From: Chthoniobacteraceae bacterium
GTDB taxonomy: Bacteria; Verrucomicrobiota; Verrucomicrobiia; Chthoniobacterales; Chthoniobacteraceae
DNA length: 28,131 nucleotides
Direction: 5' to 3'
Assembly (NCBI GenBank): GCA_031409335.1
Contig: JANNWY010000008.1
Span: 1 to 28,131, forward strand
Position numbers and translations under genes: made by a program. Below are positions 1-7,823 of this stretch, piece after piece; within the stretch, counting starts at the first letter, position 1; every line of letters begins with the position of its first letter. The notes below the pieces were generated by a model. The model saw nothing but the letters and a program-made list of their open reading frames with translations, was not told the origin of the DNA and searched no databases.

Positions 1-729
1 CGGCAGCCACGGCGGCATGGTGAGCGCGGCGGGGTCCACGTCGTTCGGCGCGGAATTCTTGTCCTTGGGATTGGTGAGCTTGCTCTGCACATGCTTCCAC
101 CACGGCGCGTGCGTGTCGCCGGGATTGCACCAGAAGAACCAAGGCTTGTCCCCGGCACCTTTGATGACCGCGTCGAGGTCGTCGTCTTTCACGAACACAT
201 CGTAGGGAAAATTCCGCGCCGGCTGGACGTGGAGCTTGCCCGAGAGCGCGCAATAGATGCCGCCCGCCTTGAGCCGTTGCACCAGCGTGGGAATGTCCTC
301 GTGCATGCCCGGCACGGCGAGGTTCGTCGGGTCGTTCTCCTTCGTCAGCGGATTGGGCAATGGAATCCATTTCTCCGGCTCACCGAACTTCGTGCTTCGG
401 TTGTGGACATTGCGCCAGATGCCATTCGCGTGCGGCAGCAGGCCGCTGTAAATCGCCGCCTTGCTCGGCGAGCACACGGTCTGCCCGCAGAAAGCGCGGG
501 TGAAGTTGACGCTCTGCGCCGCGAGCCGGTCGAGGTTCGGCGTCTTCAGCCCGGTGATGTGCGCGTTCGGTTCCCGCGCAGCGCGCTCGCTCGTGTAGTG
601 GCCGAGGTCTTCGACGTAGATAAACAGGACGTTCCGTGGCTTGGCGGAAACCCCCTGCCCGCACGCGCCCGCTGTGAGGAGTACGACGAGCGAAAGGGTG
701 AAGCACAAGCGAATGAGGATGCCGGACAT
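1..729 (-). CDS. Sulfatase-family (S1) protein, partial; 3' end runs off the window
   Basis: Not in the ORF track; translated by hand. Signal-like start MSGILIRLCFTLSLVVLLTAGACG, then KPRNVLFIYVEDLG, KTPNLDRLAAQSVNFTRAFCGQTVCSPSKAAIYSGL, SGKLH and DTHAPW. The frame is also open upstream to ATGs at 954/969. Confidence 0.88.
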   Translation of the reverse strand, partial: MSGILIRLCFTLSLVVLLTAGACGQGVSAKPRNVLFIYVEDLGHYTSERAAREPNAHITGLKTPNLDRLAAQSVNFTRAFCGQTVCSPSKAAIYSGLLPHANGIWRNVHNRSTKFGEPEKWIPLPNPLTKENDPTNLAVPGMHEDIPTLVQRLKAGGIYCALSGKLHVQPARNFPYDVFVKDDDLDAVIKGAGDKPWFFWCNPGDTHAPWWKHVQSKLTNPKDKNSAPNDVDPAALTMPPWLP

Positions 730-1014
730 GCTGGGTGATGGGTATGGGTTTGAGGCTTCTTCCTGCTGCTTTGGAGCGTTGTTCTTCTTCGGCGTTTTCG
801 CAGCCTCTGCGCGGCTGCCGGTCATATCCGTATTTTCGGCGCGGCCTTTGGTGCTATTCGGGCGAAACGGCGGCGCATACCTTGGCGCACGCTGTCCGAC
901 AGCGGAGAGCAAAGCCAGGACCGCGACCGCGGGCTGTTTGCGGAGAGTTTGCATAGTTGGTCTGCGCATAGACAACTTCAACAGCGCCACCGCCGCTTTT
1001 TGAGACAGCGGGCG

Positions 1015-2463
1015 CTATTTCCTCGCCGACGGCTGCACCCACGCGGGATTTGCGGCGGGGATGATGGCTCCGGTTTCTTTGAGATAGGCATCAAGCTGCG
1101 CACTCAATGCCACCACCTTCTCTGGCTGCTGCGCGGCGAGGTTTTTCGTTTCGCCGAGGTCGGCGGCGAGGTCGTAAAGTTCGTGGTCGAGGCCGGGCTG
1201 ACCGTTCGCAGCATAGCGGCGGATGAGCTTCCAGTTCCCTTCCCGGACGGCGCTGCCCGCATTCGCTCCGTGCGGGAAATGAAACGCAATATTTTTTCGC
1301 GCCACCGGCTGGCTGCGCAGTGCGGGGGCAAAGCTATAGCCGTCCTGCGGCTGGCCCGCGGGCTTGGGCAGGCTGAAGATTTCACAAAAGGTGGGGAACC
1401 AATCCGTCGTCGCCACGAGGGCTTCGTTCGTCGTGCCCGGCACGATGTTTTCCGGCCATGAAATGAGCATCGGCACGCGGATGCCGCCTTCGTAGAGCGT
1501 GGCTTTGCCATCGCGCAGCGGCGCGTTGCTCGTCGTCGGCGTGGTGTGATACTCGGGCAGCATGTATTGCTTGTTGGGCTGGATGTAGCCGCCGTTGTCG
1601 GAGAGGAAAATGATGATGGTGTTGTTGAGTTGCCCGCTTTCCTCCAGTGCCTGCACCAGCGTGCCCACAGCGTTGTCGAGGCTCTGCACCATGCCGGCAT
1701 AGACGGCGTTGCGCTGCGGATTCTTCGGGTCTGCCTTCGCCCGAAAGTGGTCCACCTGCGCTGGCGTGGCCTGCCACGGGCTGTGGACCTGAAATGCCCA
1801 GTAAGTCATGAAAAACGGGCGGTCACGTTTTTGCCGGATGTAGGCAGCCGCTTCCGCGGCGAGAAGGTCTTCAAGATTGTCACCGGGCTTGCCTTTGTCC
1901 TTCCACACTTTGAACGGAAAAAAGAATCCCTCCGGCAGCGGCCCCGGCGCATTGGTGTGTGGCACGTCGATGTCGTAGCCTTGCTGGAGCGGCGAATACG
2001 GCTCGGGTCCGAGATGCCACTTGCCGAAGTGCGCAGTGGCATAGCCGTTGGCACGGAGAGCCTCTGGCAGTGTGGTGAACTCCGTCTTCAGCCGCGTGAC
2101 CGGCACCGCGCCGAGCAGTGGTTCCTTGGCCGGAGCCTTCTCCATGCGGCCCGGCTCCAGCACCACGTGGGGCTCATGGCAGTGCGGCTGCGTGATGCCT
2201 GTGCGTGCCGGGTCCAGCCCGGTGAGCAGCGCGGAACGGGTGGGCGAGCACAACGGCTGACCGTAGGCATTGGTGAACTTCATGCCACGGGCCGCGAGCC
2301 GGTCCAGATGAGGCGTCTCGTGAAAGGTCGAGCCATAGCACGCAAGGTCGCGCCAGCCAAGGTCGTCGGCGAGGATGAAGAGCACATTCGGTTGCTCGGC
2401 TGCGGACACCAGTCGGGTGAGAGCGAAGGCCAGAAGAGAAAGAAGAGAACGTCGAAGCATCAT
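1015..2463 (-). CDS. Arylsulfatase-like sulfatase (S1), secreted
   Basis: Signal peptide MMLRRSLLSLLAFAL; motifs PNVLFILADDLG, LCSPTRSALLTG (CxPxR), GKWHLG, VHSP, FLSDNGG, GKATLYEGGIRVP and ELYDLAADLGE. Confidence 0.96.
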   Translation of the reverse strand: MMLRRSLLSLLAFALTRLVSAAEQPNVLFILADDLGWRDLACYGSTFHETPHLDRLAARGMKFTNAYGQPLCSPTRSALLTGLDPARTGITQPHCHEPHVVLEPGRMEKAPAKEPLLGAVPVTRLKTEFTTLPEALRANGYATAHFGKWHLGPEPYSPLQQGYDIDVPHTNAPGPLPEGFFFPFKVWKDKGKPGDNLEDLLAAEAAAYIRQKRDRPFFMTYWAFQVHSPWQATPAQVDHFRAKADPKNPQRNAVYAGMVQSLDNAVGTLVQALEESGQLNNTIIIFLSDNGGYIQPNKQYMLPEYHTTPTTSNAPLRDGKATLYEGGIRVPMLISWPENIVPGTTNEALVATTDWFPTFCEIFSLPKPAGQPQDGYSFAPALRSQPVARKNIAFHFPHGANAGSAVREGNWKLIRRYAANGQPGLDHELYDLAADLGETKNLAAQQPEKVVALSAQLDAYLKETGAIIPAANPAWVQPSARK

Positions 2464-2486
2464 TTGAATTCCATGTGGCGCACCCA

Positions 2487-3101
2487 TCAAGGCAGCTCCG
2501 TAACGAGTCTGTAGAACAACCGGGGTGGCGGCGGGGTGGGTAATTGCACTGGCTGCGTGGTGGCGCTAGACGCCGACCATGACAGCGCAACCAGAGTGCC
2601 GGCGGGCACGCGGCTTTGCGCGAGCGTCTGCACTTTGGCGGGTGCCAGCGTGTGGTCGAAAATGCGGAACTCATCGAGTAGTCCGTTGAACCCCTGCCCG
2701 ATGCCGCTGCTGGGTCCGGCGACGGCTGTGGCGCCGACGACAAAGAAGCTGTCCGCAGTGTTCATCGTGTCGGTCGGGGCCGTGCCAGTGTTCACCAACG
2801 CGGCGAGTTCCACACCATCGAGATAGACCTTCCCGCCGGAAAACGTGGAGGCATTGCCCGTGTCCGGCGTGACTTGAAAAGCCTCGCCAAACGCACCTGG
2901 CTGCCCAGGGATGATGCCGGTGCCGCCGTCCGCTCCAGCGGGAGTGAGATGTTTGGCCCCGGCCACGATCTGATCTCCCGCTCCCTTCGGGCCGATGATG
3001 TCCGCATTGTCGAAAGTCCAGCGGTGGATCAAGTCCGCGCGCACCGCTCCGACACTGAGCCATCCGAAGAACGCAACCAACCGCAGCCTGGAGGAAATCA
3101 T
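2487..3101 (-). CDS. Secreted LamG/concanavalin A-like domain protein, apparently internally deleted (possible pseudogene)
   Basis: Signal peptide MISSRLRLVAFFGWLSVGAVRA; LamG hallmarks DLIHRWTFD, KVYLDGVE and FNGLLDEFRIFDHTL; ends RLFYRLVTELP. The central LamG strands seem to be missing. Confidence 0.7.
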   Translation of the reverse strand: MISSRLRLVAFFGWLSVGAVRADLIHRWTFDNADIIGPKGAGDQIVAGAKHLTPAGADGGTGIIPGQPGAFGEAFQVTPDTGNASTFSGGKVYLDGVELAALVNTGTAPTDTMNTADSFFVVGATAVAGPSSGIGQGFNGLLDEFRIFDHTLAPAKVQTLAQSRVPAGTLVALSWSASSATTQPVQLPTPPPPRLFYRLVTELP

Positions 3102-3151
3102 ACGAGCGCGGTAACAACGGAGCGGGTGCGCTGCAGTGATTTTTTTGGAAG

Positions 3152-3164
3152 GATGAATTTCATC
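3152..3164. promoter_or_regulatory. Perfect inverted repeat, candidate operator
   Basis: GATGAA-T-TTCATC in an AT-rich stretch ~50 bp upstream of the ATG at 3101. Confidence 0.3.
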
Positions 3165-3257
3165 GTGGAAATCATTCGGGGTCAAATTGGAGGAATGCAT
3201 CCGAACGATGCGGGCAAAGGCTGCCAGCGGCAAGTCCCCCATTTGTGCGACAGCGCA

Positions 3258-3293
3258 GTGGCGCAGGCGACTCGCCTGTCCCCCTGCGCGCTA
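3258..3293. repeat. Degenerate REP-like palindrome
   Basis: GTGGCGCAGGCGACTCGCCTG resembles GTGGCACAGGCATCCTGCCTG at 27880; internal CAGGCG/CGCCTG stem. Confidence 0.5.
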
Positions 3294-3609
3294 TCCGCTT
3301 TGGTTGCGGTTTTTCATTGGTCAGGCCCGCACGAAGGCGTGCGGCACGGCCTGCGCGTGGCGAAGACCGAGGTCGTCAGCCTGACGATGTTCGACGGCCC
3401 GCTGACGGTGGCGTGAAGGCCCTCGTCGCCGCCAGGATACAAACGTCCAGACGGGCTGCGATGAATCTGCTTTCGGTGCGCCTTTGTGGAAACGGGCCAC
3501 AGTTGGATTCGTCTCGGGGAGTGAGGTCAGGTTGGCTCCATCACCGTCGCTATCGAATATTTTCACGACCCCACTTTCCTCCCTTGAGATCGATGCAGGG
3601 ACGGTAATC

Positions 3610-4584
3610 TCAGATCAGCGTAGCCCCGCCCGACTCAGGTGGGGGTTTTACACCTTTGCCCAATGCCGCGTCTGCGCTCGTGAGGTTTCGCAGGCAGATC
3701 AAGGCATCGGGATCTTTGGGACCAAACGCCTTTTTGAGGAGGTCGTATGCACGCTGATAGTGCGTCTTGGCCTTACCGTAATCTCGCATCGCGAAATACA
3801 GGGTTCCCAGATTGTTCAAGAACGGAGCCATCTCCGGACTCTTCGGACCGAACCCTTTCTCCACCATTGCGATGGCACGCGAATACAACCCTTCCGCCTT
3901 TTCGAAGTTCCCCATCTCCTGGTTGAGTCTGGCGAGCTCTTCGATGCACTTGGCGTTCTGGATAAACTTGGGGCCGTAAGCGGCTTCGTAGATGGTGAGC
4001 GCTTTCTGCAAAAGGGTCTCTGCCTCTTTGAATTTGTGCATCCCAGTATAGACGATACCAAGCCGCTCGAACGTACGGGCTCTTGCGATATGCTTTTCGC
4101 CCCACTCCTTTTGGGCTTCTACAACCCGCAGGAGGACGGCCTCCGCTCTTGGATACTCAGCCGCCTTTTCGTAGTTGTCCGCGAGTTCCCCCAGGGCCTC
4201 CAGCGTGTGAATGTTCTTCGGCCCCAACAACTGCTCCCGGATTTCCACAGCGCGAAGATAGAACGGCTCGGCCTCTCCATATTGCCCAATCCGGGTGTGG
4301 CACAAAGCCAGATTCCGGAGGCTCGTTGCCGTACCCTCGTGCCGGACCCCGAATGTTGCCGTGTAATGTTCAACCGTCTTTTTGGCCAGTTCCATGGCTT
4401 CAGTATAGCGATGGAGGTGGATGAGCTGGGAGACCCGGTCATTTAACTCTGCTTCGAGGGGAACCTGCCTTTCCAATGGCCAGGCTGAACACACGTGGAA
4501 AACTGCCGCGATGATCGCCAGCACTTTCACAACTCTCCTGAATAGATGCCCTCGTGTCTTGGGCAAAACGAATAGAGGTTTCAT
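3610..4584 (-). CDS. Tetratricopeptide repeat protein (kinesin-light-chain-like ~42-aa TPRs) with N-terminal signal/TM segment
   Basis: Repeats such as ATSLRNLALCHTRIGQYGEAEPFYLRAVEIREQLLGP and APFLNNLGTLYFAMRDYGKAKTHYQRAYDLLKKAFGP; visibly more AT-rich than the flanks. Confidence 0.9.
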   Translation of the reverse strand: MKPLFVLPKTRGHLFRRVVKVLAIIAAVFHVCSAWPLERQVPLEAELNDRVSQLIHLHRYTEAMELAKKTVEHYTATFGVRHEGTATSLRNLALCHTRIGQYGEAEPFYLRAVEIREQLLGPKNIHTLEALGELADNYEKAAEYPRAEAVLLRVVEAQKEWGEKHIARARTFERLGIVYTGMHKFKEAETLLQKALTIYEAAYGPKFIQNAKCIEELARLNQEMGNFEKAEGLYSRAIAMVEKGFGPKSPEMAPFLNNLGTLYFAMRDYGKAKTHYQRAYDLLKKAFGPKDPDALICLRNLTSADAALGKGVKPPPESGGATLI

Positions 4585-4642
4585 TCTGATGTTTCTCCGT
4601 CAGCTATCCTTCCCTTCCACATCTCCTGGGTCCAGTCCGAAA

Positions 4643-5030
4643 AGGTGGAGGGTCAGACACTCGGCTACTTCGCCGCTTTCTTCGCCGTCCAGTCCCGCGA
4701 CTGATCGTTACCGTCGCGATCCTTCGACTCGATCTTCCCCGTGATGGCGCCCGCAGTCAGCTTCCCGCTGTAATTGGAAGTCATCTTCGTTCCGTTGAAC
4801 TCCCGCGTCACTGAGAACGTCACGTCCGCGACCTTCACAGCGCCCTCCGAGATTTCCGTCTCCCGCGCGGCTCCGCCGTCACGGCCTGGCGAACTCAGCT
4901 TTCCCGCCAGTTTCTCGCCGTCCTGCGTCAAGGTCAGGGTCATCGTCCTTTCCGCCGCGCCATTTCGGCCGGGTGATGTCCACGTCCAGGTTCCCGTGGC
5001 GGAAGCCGCGGAAGCCGCCTTGTCCTCAGC
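4643..5030. repeat. Direct repeat copy 1 (pairs with ~10559-10937)
   Basis: Manual alignment of 4665-5005 vs 10581-10921 gives about 23 mismatches in 341 bp with no gaps; similarity extends ~20 bp past the stop. Confidence 0.95.
4665..5030 (-). pseudogene. 5'-degenerate copy of the small secreted protein gene at 10581-11015
   Basis: Mature part intact (ATGTWTWTSPGRNG to RDWTAKKAAK), but there is an in-frame TGA near 5090 and no start or signal peptide; 9-bp tandem duplication GCGGAAGCC at ~4999-5016. Confidence 0.75.
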
Positions 5031-5303
5031 GCCAGCAATCGAAGCCGGTGAACGCGAGTTGGTAGCGAAGGGCTCATCGTGCGGATTTCAATGCGATCCT
5101 GTCGCAAGCGCGTTGTCCGTCAATTCCGCGGATCGATGACCGGTCCCGGGTCAGGTCAATGATCAACCGATCAATCGCGACTGGGTCACAGCCGCGTGAA
5201 TGTATTCGCTGTCCACCGCCTGTCGGGCGGATCAAAATCCCTAGCGATCCAATCAATCAGGCTTTAAGTCCTCAGAGCAATCCTCCCCAAAATATCCAAA
5301 AAC

Positions 5304-7736
5304 ATGTCACGTACCATTCGTGCCGCTCGGCACATCCCCGTTTTTCTTCTCGGACTACTTGCCTTAATCCTGCCGCCTGCGGCCTCGGCTCAACTGGCTC
5401 CCACTCCGCTGGTCGCTCACGGTGACGCTTGGAAATACCGCAAGGGAACGAGTGAACCTCCCGCAAACTGGGGCACGGTTTCGGACGCGTCCCTCGACGC
5501 GAGCTGGCTCACCGGGCCTGGGGGTTTTGGTTACGGGGATGGCGATGATGCGACGACGCTGGGTGATATGATGATGACCACCATCCCCCCGGTTCCCGGC
5601 TACGGCACGCTTTACATCCGCGCCGCTTTCGCCGTCACGGCGGCAATGGACGCCGCCCGCCACTTGCGTCTCACGGTGGACTATGACGATGGCTGCACCG
5701 TTTATCTCGACGGTGTGGAGGTTTTCCGTTCGTCGAACGTTCCGGGTGTCCCCGGAAGCATTTACCCCTTTGATCAGCAGACCCTCACGGCCAACCACGA
5801 GGCGTCCGCCGGGGCAGGGGGCAATCCGCCATTGGTGATCGATCTCGGGCCGCTCTCCACTCACTTCGGAGTGGGCACTCACGTCCTCGCCGTGCAGGGA
5901 ATCAATGGCGGACTCAACAGCGGCGACTTCTCGCTCATTGTCGATCTCGCTCTCGTCGATGGCCCGCCTCCACCGTCGGACATCACTTGGACGATTGCCG
6001 ACAGCCCCGTCATTCTGACGAGCAACTTCACCATCAACGATGGAGGGAAGCTCACGATTGAGGCCGGGGTGGAAGTAGTCTTGTCATCGGGCGTTTCGAT
6101 CCGGGCGACCAACGGCAGCCACATCGAAATCGCCGGGACGGCGGCGGCTCCCGTCATCCTGCGCCGGGCAGCGGCGGCGGAATGGGGCGAGGTGTCCGCC
6201 ACCGGCGCTGGAGGGACGGTGACCATCCGCCACGCCGACATCTCCGGCGGGATCGTGCGCTTCCTGGCAGGGGTGACCGGCTTGATGGAGGATACGAAGA
6301 TCCATGATTCCACCGCCTCCAAAATCGTGTACAGCCTGGACGCGGTCTCTGTCATCATGCGCCGGTGCCATGTGTTCAACTACGCCGAGACGAACTTCGT
6401 GACTACCCTCACGGTCCTTGAGCGTTGCCTTTTCGAGGCGCCGACGGCGGATGCGGTGGACTTCGACGGTGCTCCGCCGGGGTCCGTCATCCGGCAATGC
6501 ACGTTTCGCAACGGCCCCTCCGGCACCAATACGGATGCGGTGGACACCGGCCCCTCTCCCATCAACGGGGCTCCCTGCATCGACGTGGTCATCGAGGACT
6601 GCATCATGTACAATTTCAGCGACAAGGGCGTCTCCGTCGGCGATGCGCCCGACGACACGGTGAACCTCATCGTCAGGAACTGCCTGATCTTCAACGTGGC
6701 CAGAGGAGTGCAGGTCAAGGCGGACTCCGTTGCCCATGTGACGGACTGCACCATCGTGGATTCGCAGATCGGTCTGCACGGATTCGAGAAGGTCGCCGGC
6801 ACCGGCGGGGGAATCATCACCGGCTGCTTCAACAACATTCTCTCCGGCAATGTCACTCCCATCGACACGGAAACTGACACCGTGATCGAAATTCAGTATT
6901 CCGATATCCACGGCGCGAATTGGCCGGGCACCGGCAATCTGAATGCCAATCCCCTCTTCCGTGATCCTGCCAACCGCGACTACCGCTTGCTCCCCGGCTC
7001 TCCCTGCATCGGCACCGGACAATTTGGTGACAATATGGGCGTTCAGTTCCCAGTCGGCGGATTGCCCGACGTGCCGGCGAATCTGCAGGTCGTGTCATTT
7101 GACGGGAGCCAGGCGACACTCTCCTGGACCGATCCCGACAACAAAGAGTCCGAGTTTATCATCGAGCGATCGACCGACGGAGTCGCCTGGGCCGCCGCGG
7201 GCACCGCCCCCGCCAATGCCACCGGGGCCACCATGACCGGGCTGGCGTCAAATCCCTCATGGTCCTTCCGTGTGCGCGGAGCCAATTTCATCGCCGCCGG
7301 TTTCAACTCCGAACCCGCCCTCACCGGCACGGTTCCCATCGATACCGATCACGACGGGATGCCGGACGACTTTGAAAACATGTTCCCCGGACTCAACGCC
7401 AATGATCCCGCCGATGCCGCGCTGGATCTCGACTCCGACGGCACCAGCAACCTTGAGGAATTCCTCGCGGGGACTGCTCCCGATGATTCCAAGAGCGTCT
7501 TCCGTATTGATTCGGTGACCCGCATTCCGTCTGGTGAGATTCATCTCCAGTTCGAAGCCAAACCGAACAAAGCCTACTCGGTGATGTATTCCGAGACGCT
7601 CGAACCCGGCTCCTGGCAGAAGCTTCAAGATGTCGCGGCCGCACCCTTGCTGCGACCTGCCGTGGTAGTTACGGATACGGCTTCCCCCGCAACCGCGCGT
7701 CGCTTTTACCAGCTCGTGACACCCCCATTGCCGTGA
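5304..7736 (+). CDS. Secreted modular protein: N-terminal beta-sandwich (galactose-binding-like), right-handed parallel beta-helix, FN3, TSP3-like Ca-binding repeats, C-terminal RFY module
   Basis: Signal peptide; WKYRKG, GFGYGDGDD and YDDGCTVYLDGVEV; beta-helix repeats (IRQCTFRN, IEDCIMYN, VRNCLIFN); DYRLLPGSPCIGTG cap; FN3 (PANLQV, LSWTD, FIIERS, FRVRGAN); DTDHDGMPD and DSDGTSNLEEFLAGT. Confidence 0.88.
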   Translation: MSRTIRAARHIPVFLLGLLALILPPAASAQLAPTPLVAHGDAWKYRKGTSEPPANWGTVSDASLDASWLTGPGGFGYGDGDDATTLGDMMMTTIPPVPGYGTLYIRAAFAVTAAMDAARHLRLTVDYDDGCTVYLDGVEVFRSSNVPGVPGSIYPFDQQTLTANHEASAGAGGNPPLVIDLGPLSTHFGVGTHVLAVQGINGGLNSGDFSLIVDLALVDGPPPPSDITWTIADSPVILTSNFTINDGGKLTIEAGVEVVLSSGVSIRATNGSHIEIAGTAAAPVILRRAAAAEWGEVSATGAGGTVTIRHADISGGIVRFLAGVTGLMEDTKIHDSTASKIVYSLDAVSVIMRRCHVFNYAETNFVTTLTVLERCLFEAPTADAVDFDGAPPGSVIRQCTFRNGPSGTNTDAVDTGPSPINGAPCIDVVIEDCIMYNFSDKGVSVGDAPDDTVNLIVRNCLIFNVARGVQVKADSVAHVTDCTIVDSQIGLHGFEKVAGTGGGIITGCFNNILSGNVTPIDTETDTVIEIQYSDIHGANWPGTGNLNANPLFRDPANRDYRLLPGSPCIGTGQFGDNMGVQFPVGGLPDVPANLQVVSFDGSQATLSWTDPDNKESEFIIERSTDGVAWAAAGTAPANATGATMTGLASNPSWSFRVRGANFIAAGFNSEPALTGTVPIDTDHDGMPDDFENMFPGLNANDPADAALDLDSDGTSNLEEFLAGTAPDDSKSVFRIDSVTRIPSGEIHLQFEAKPNKAYSVMYSETLEPGSWQKLQDVAAAPLLRPAVVVTDTASPATARRFYQLVTPPLP

Positions 7737-7823
7737 TCTGGCGAGTAGCCATCGCCCCCCCGGTAGTCCACTGCGCAGTTGGACAGTCGGGGAAGGCCGT
7801 GTTACGCCATCCGCCTCTGCATT

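Noticed and set aside
91..738. Long plus-strand ORFs (also 1546-2514, 3484-4446, 13531-14247, 18583-19485, 19895-20998, 21019-21969) and minus-strand ORFs such as 8913-10385 and 14214-15317
   Set aside because: Antisense shadows of well-supported genes in GC-rich DNA, with no recognisable motifs.
990..1014. Hairpin after the sulfatase stop as a terminator
   Set aside because: Imperfect stem with no U-tract on the coding (minus) strand.
3321..3450. GC-rich coding-like fragment (HEGVRHGLRVAKTEVVSLTMFDGPLTVA)
   Set aside because: No start or recognisable family; cannot be assigned.
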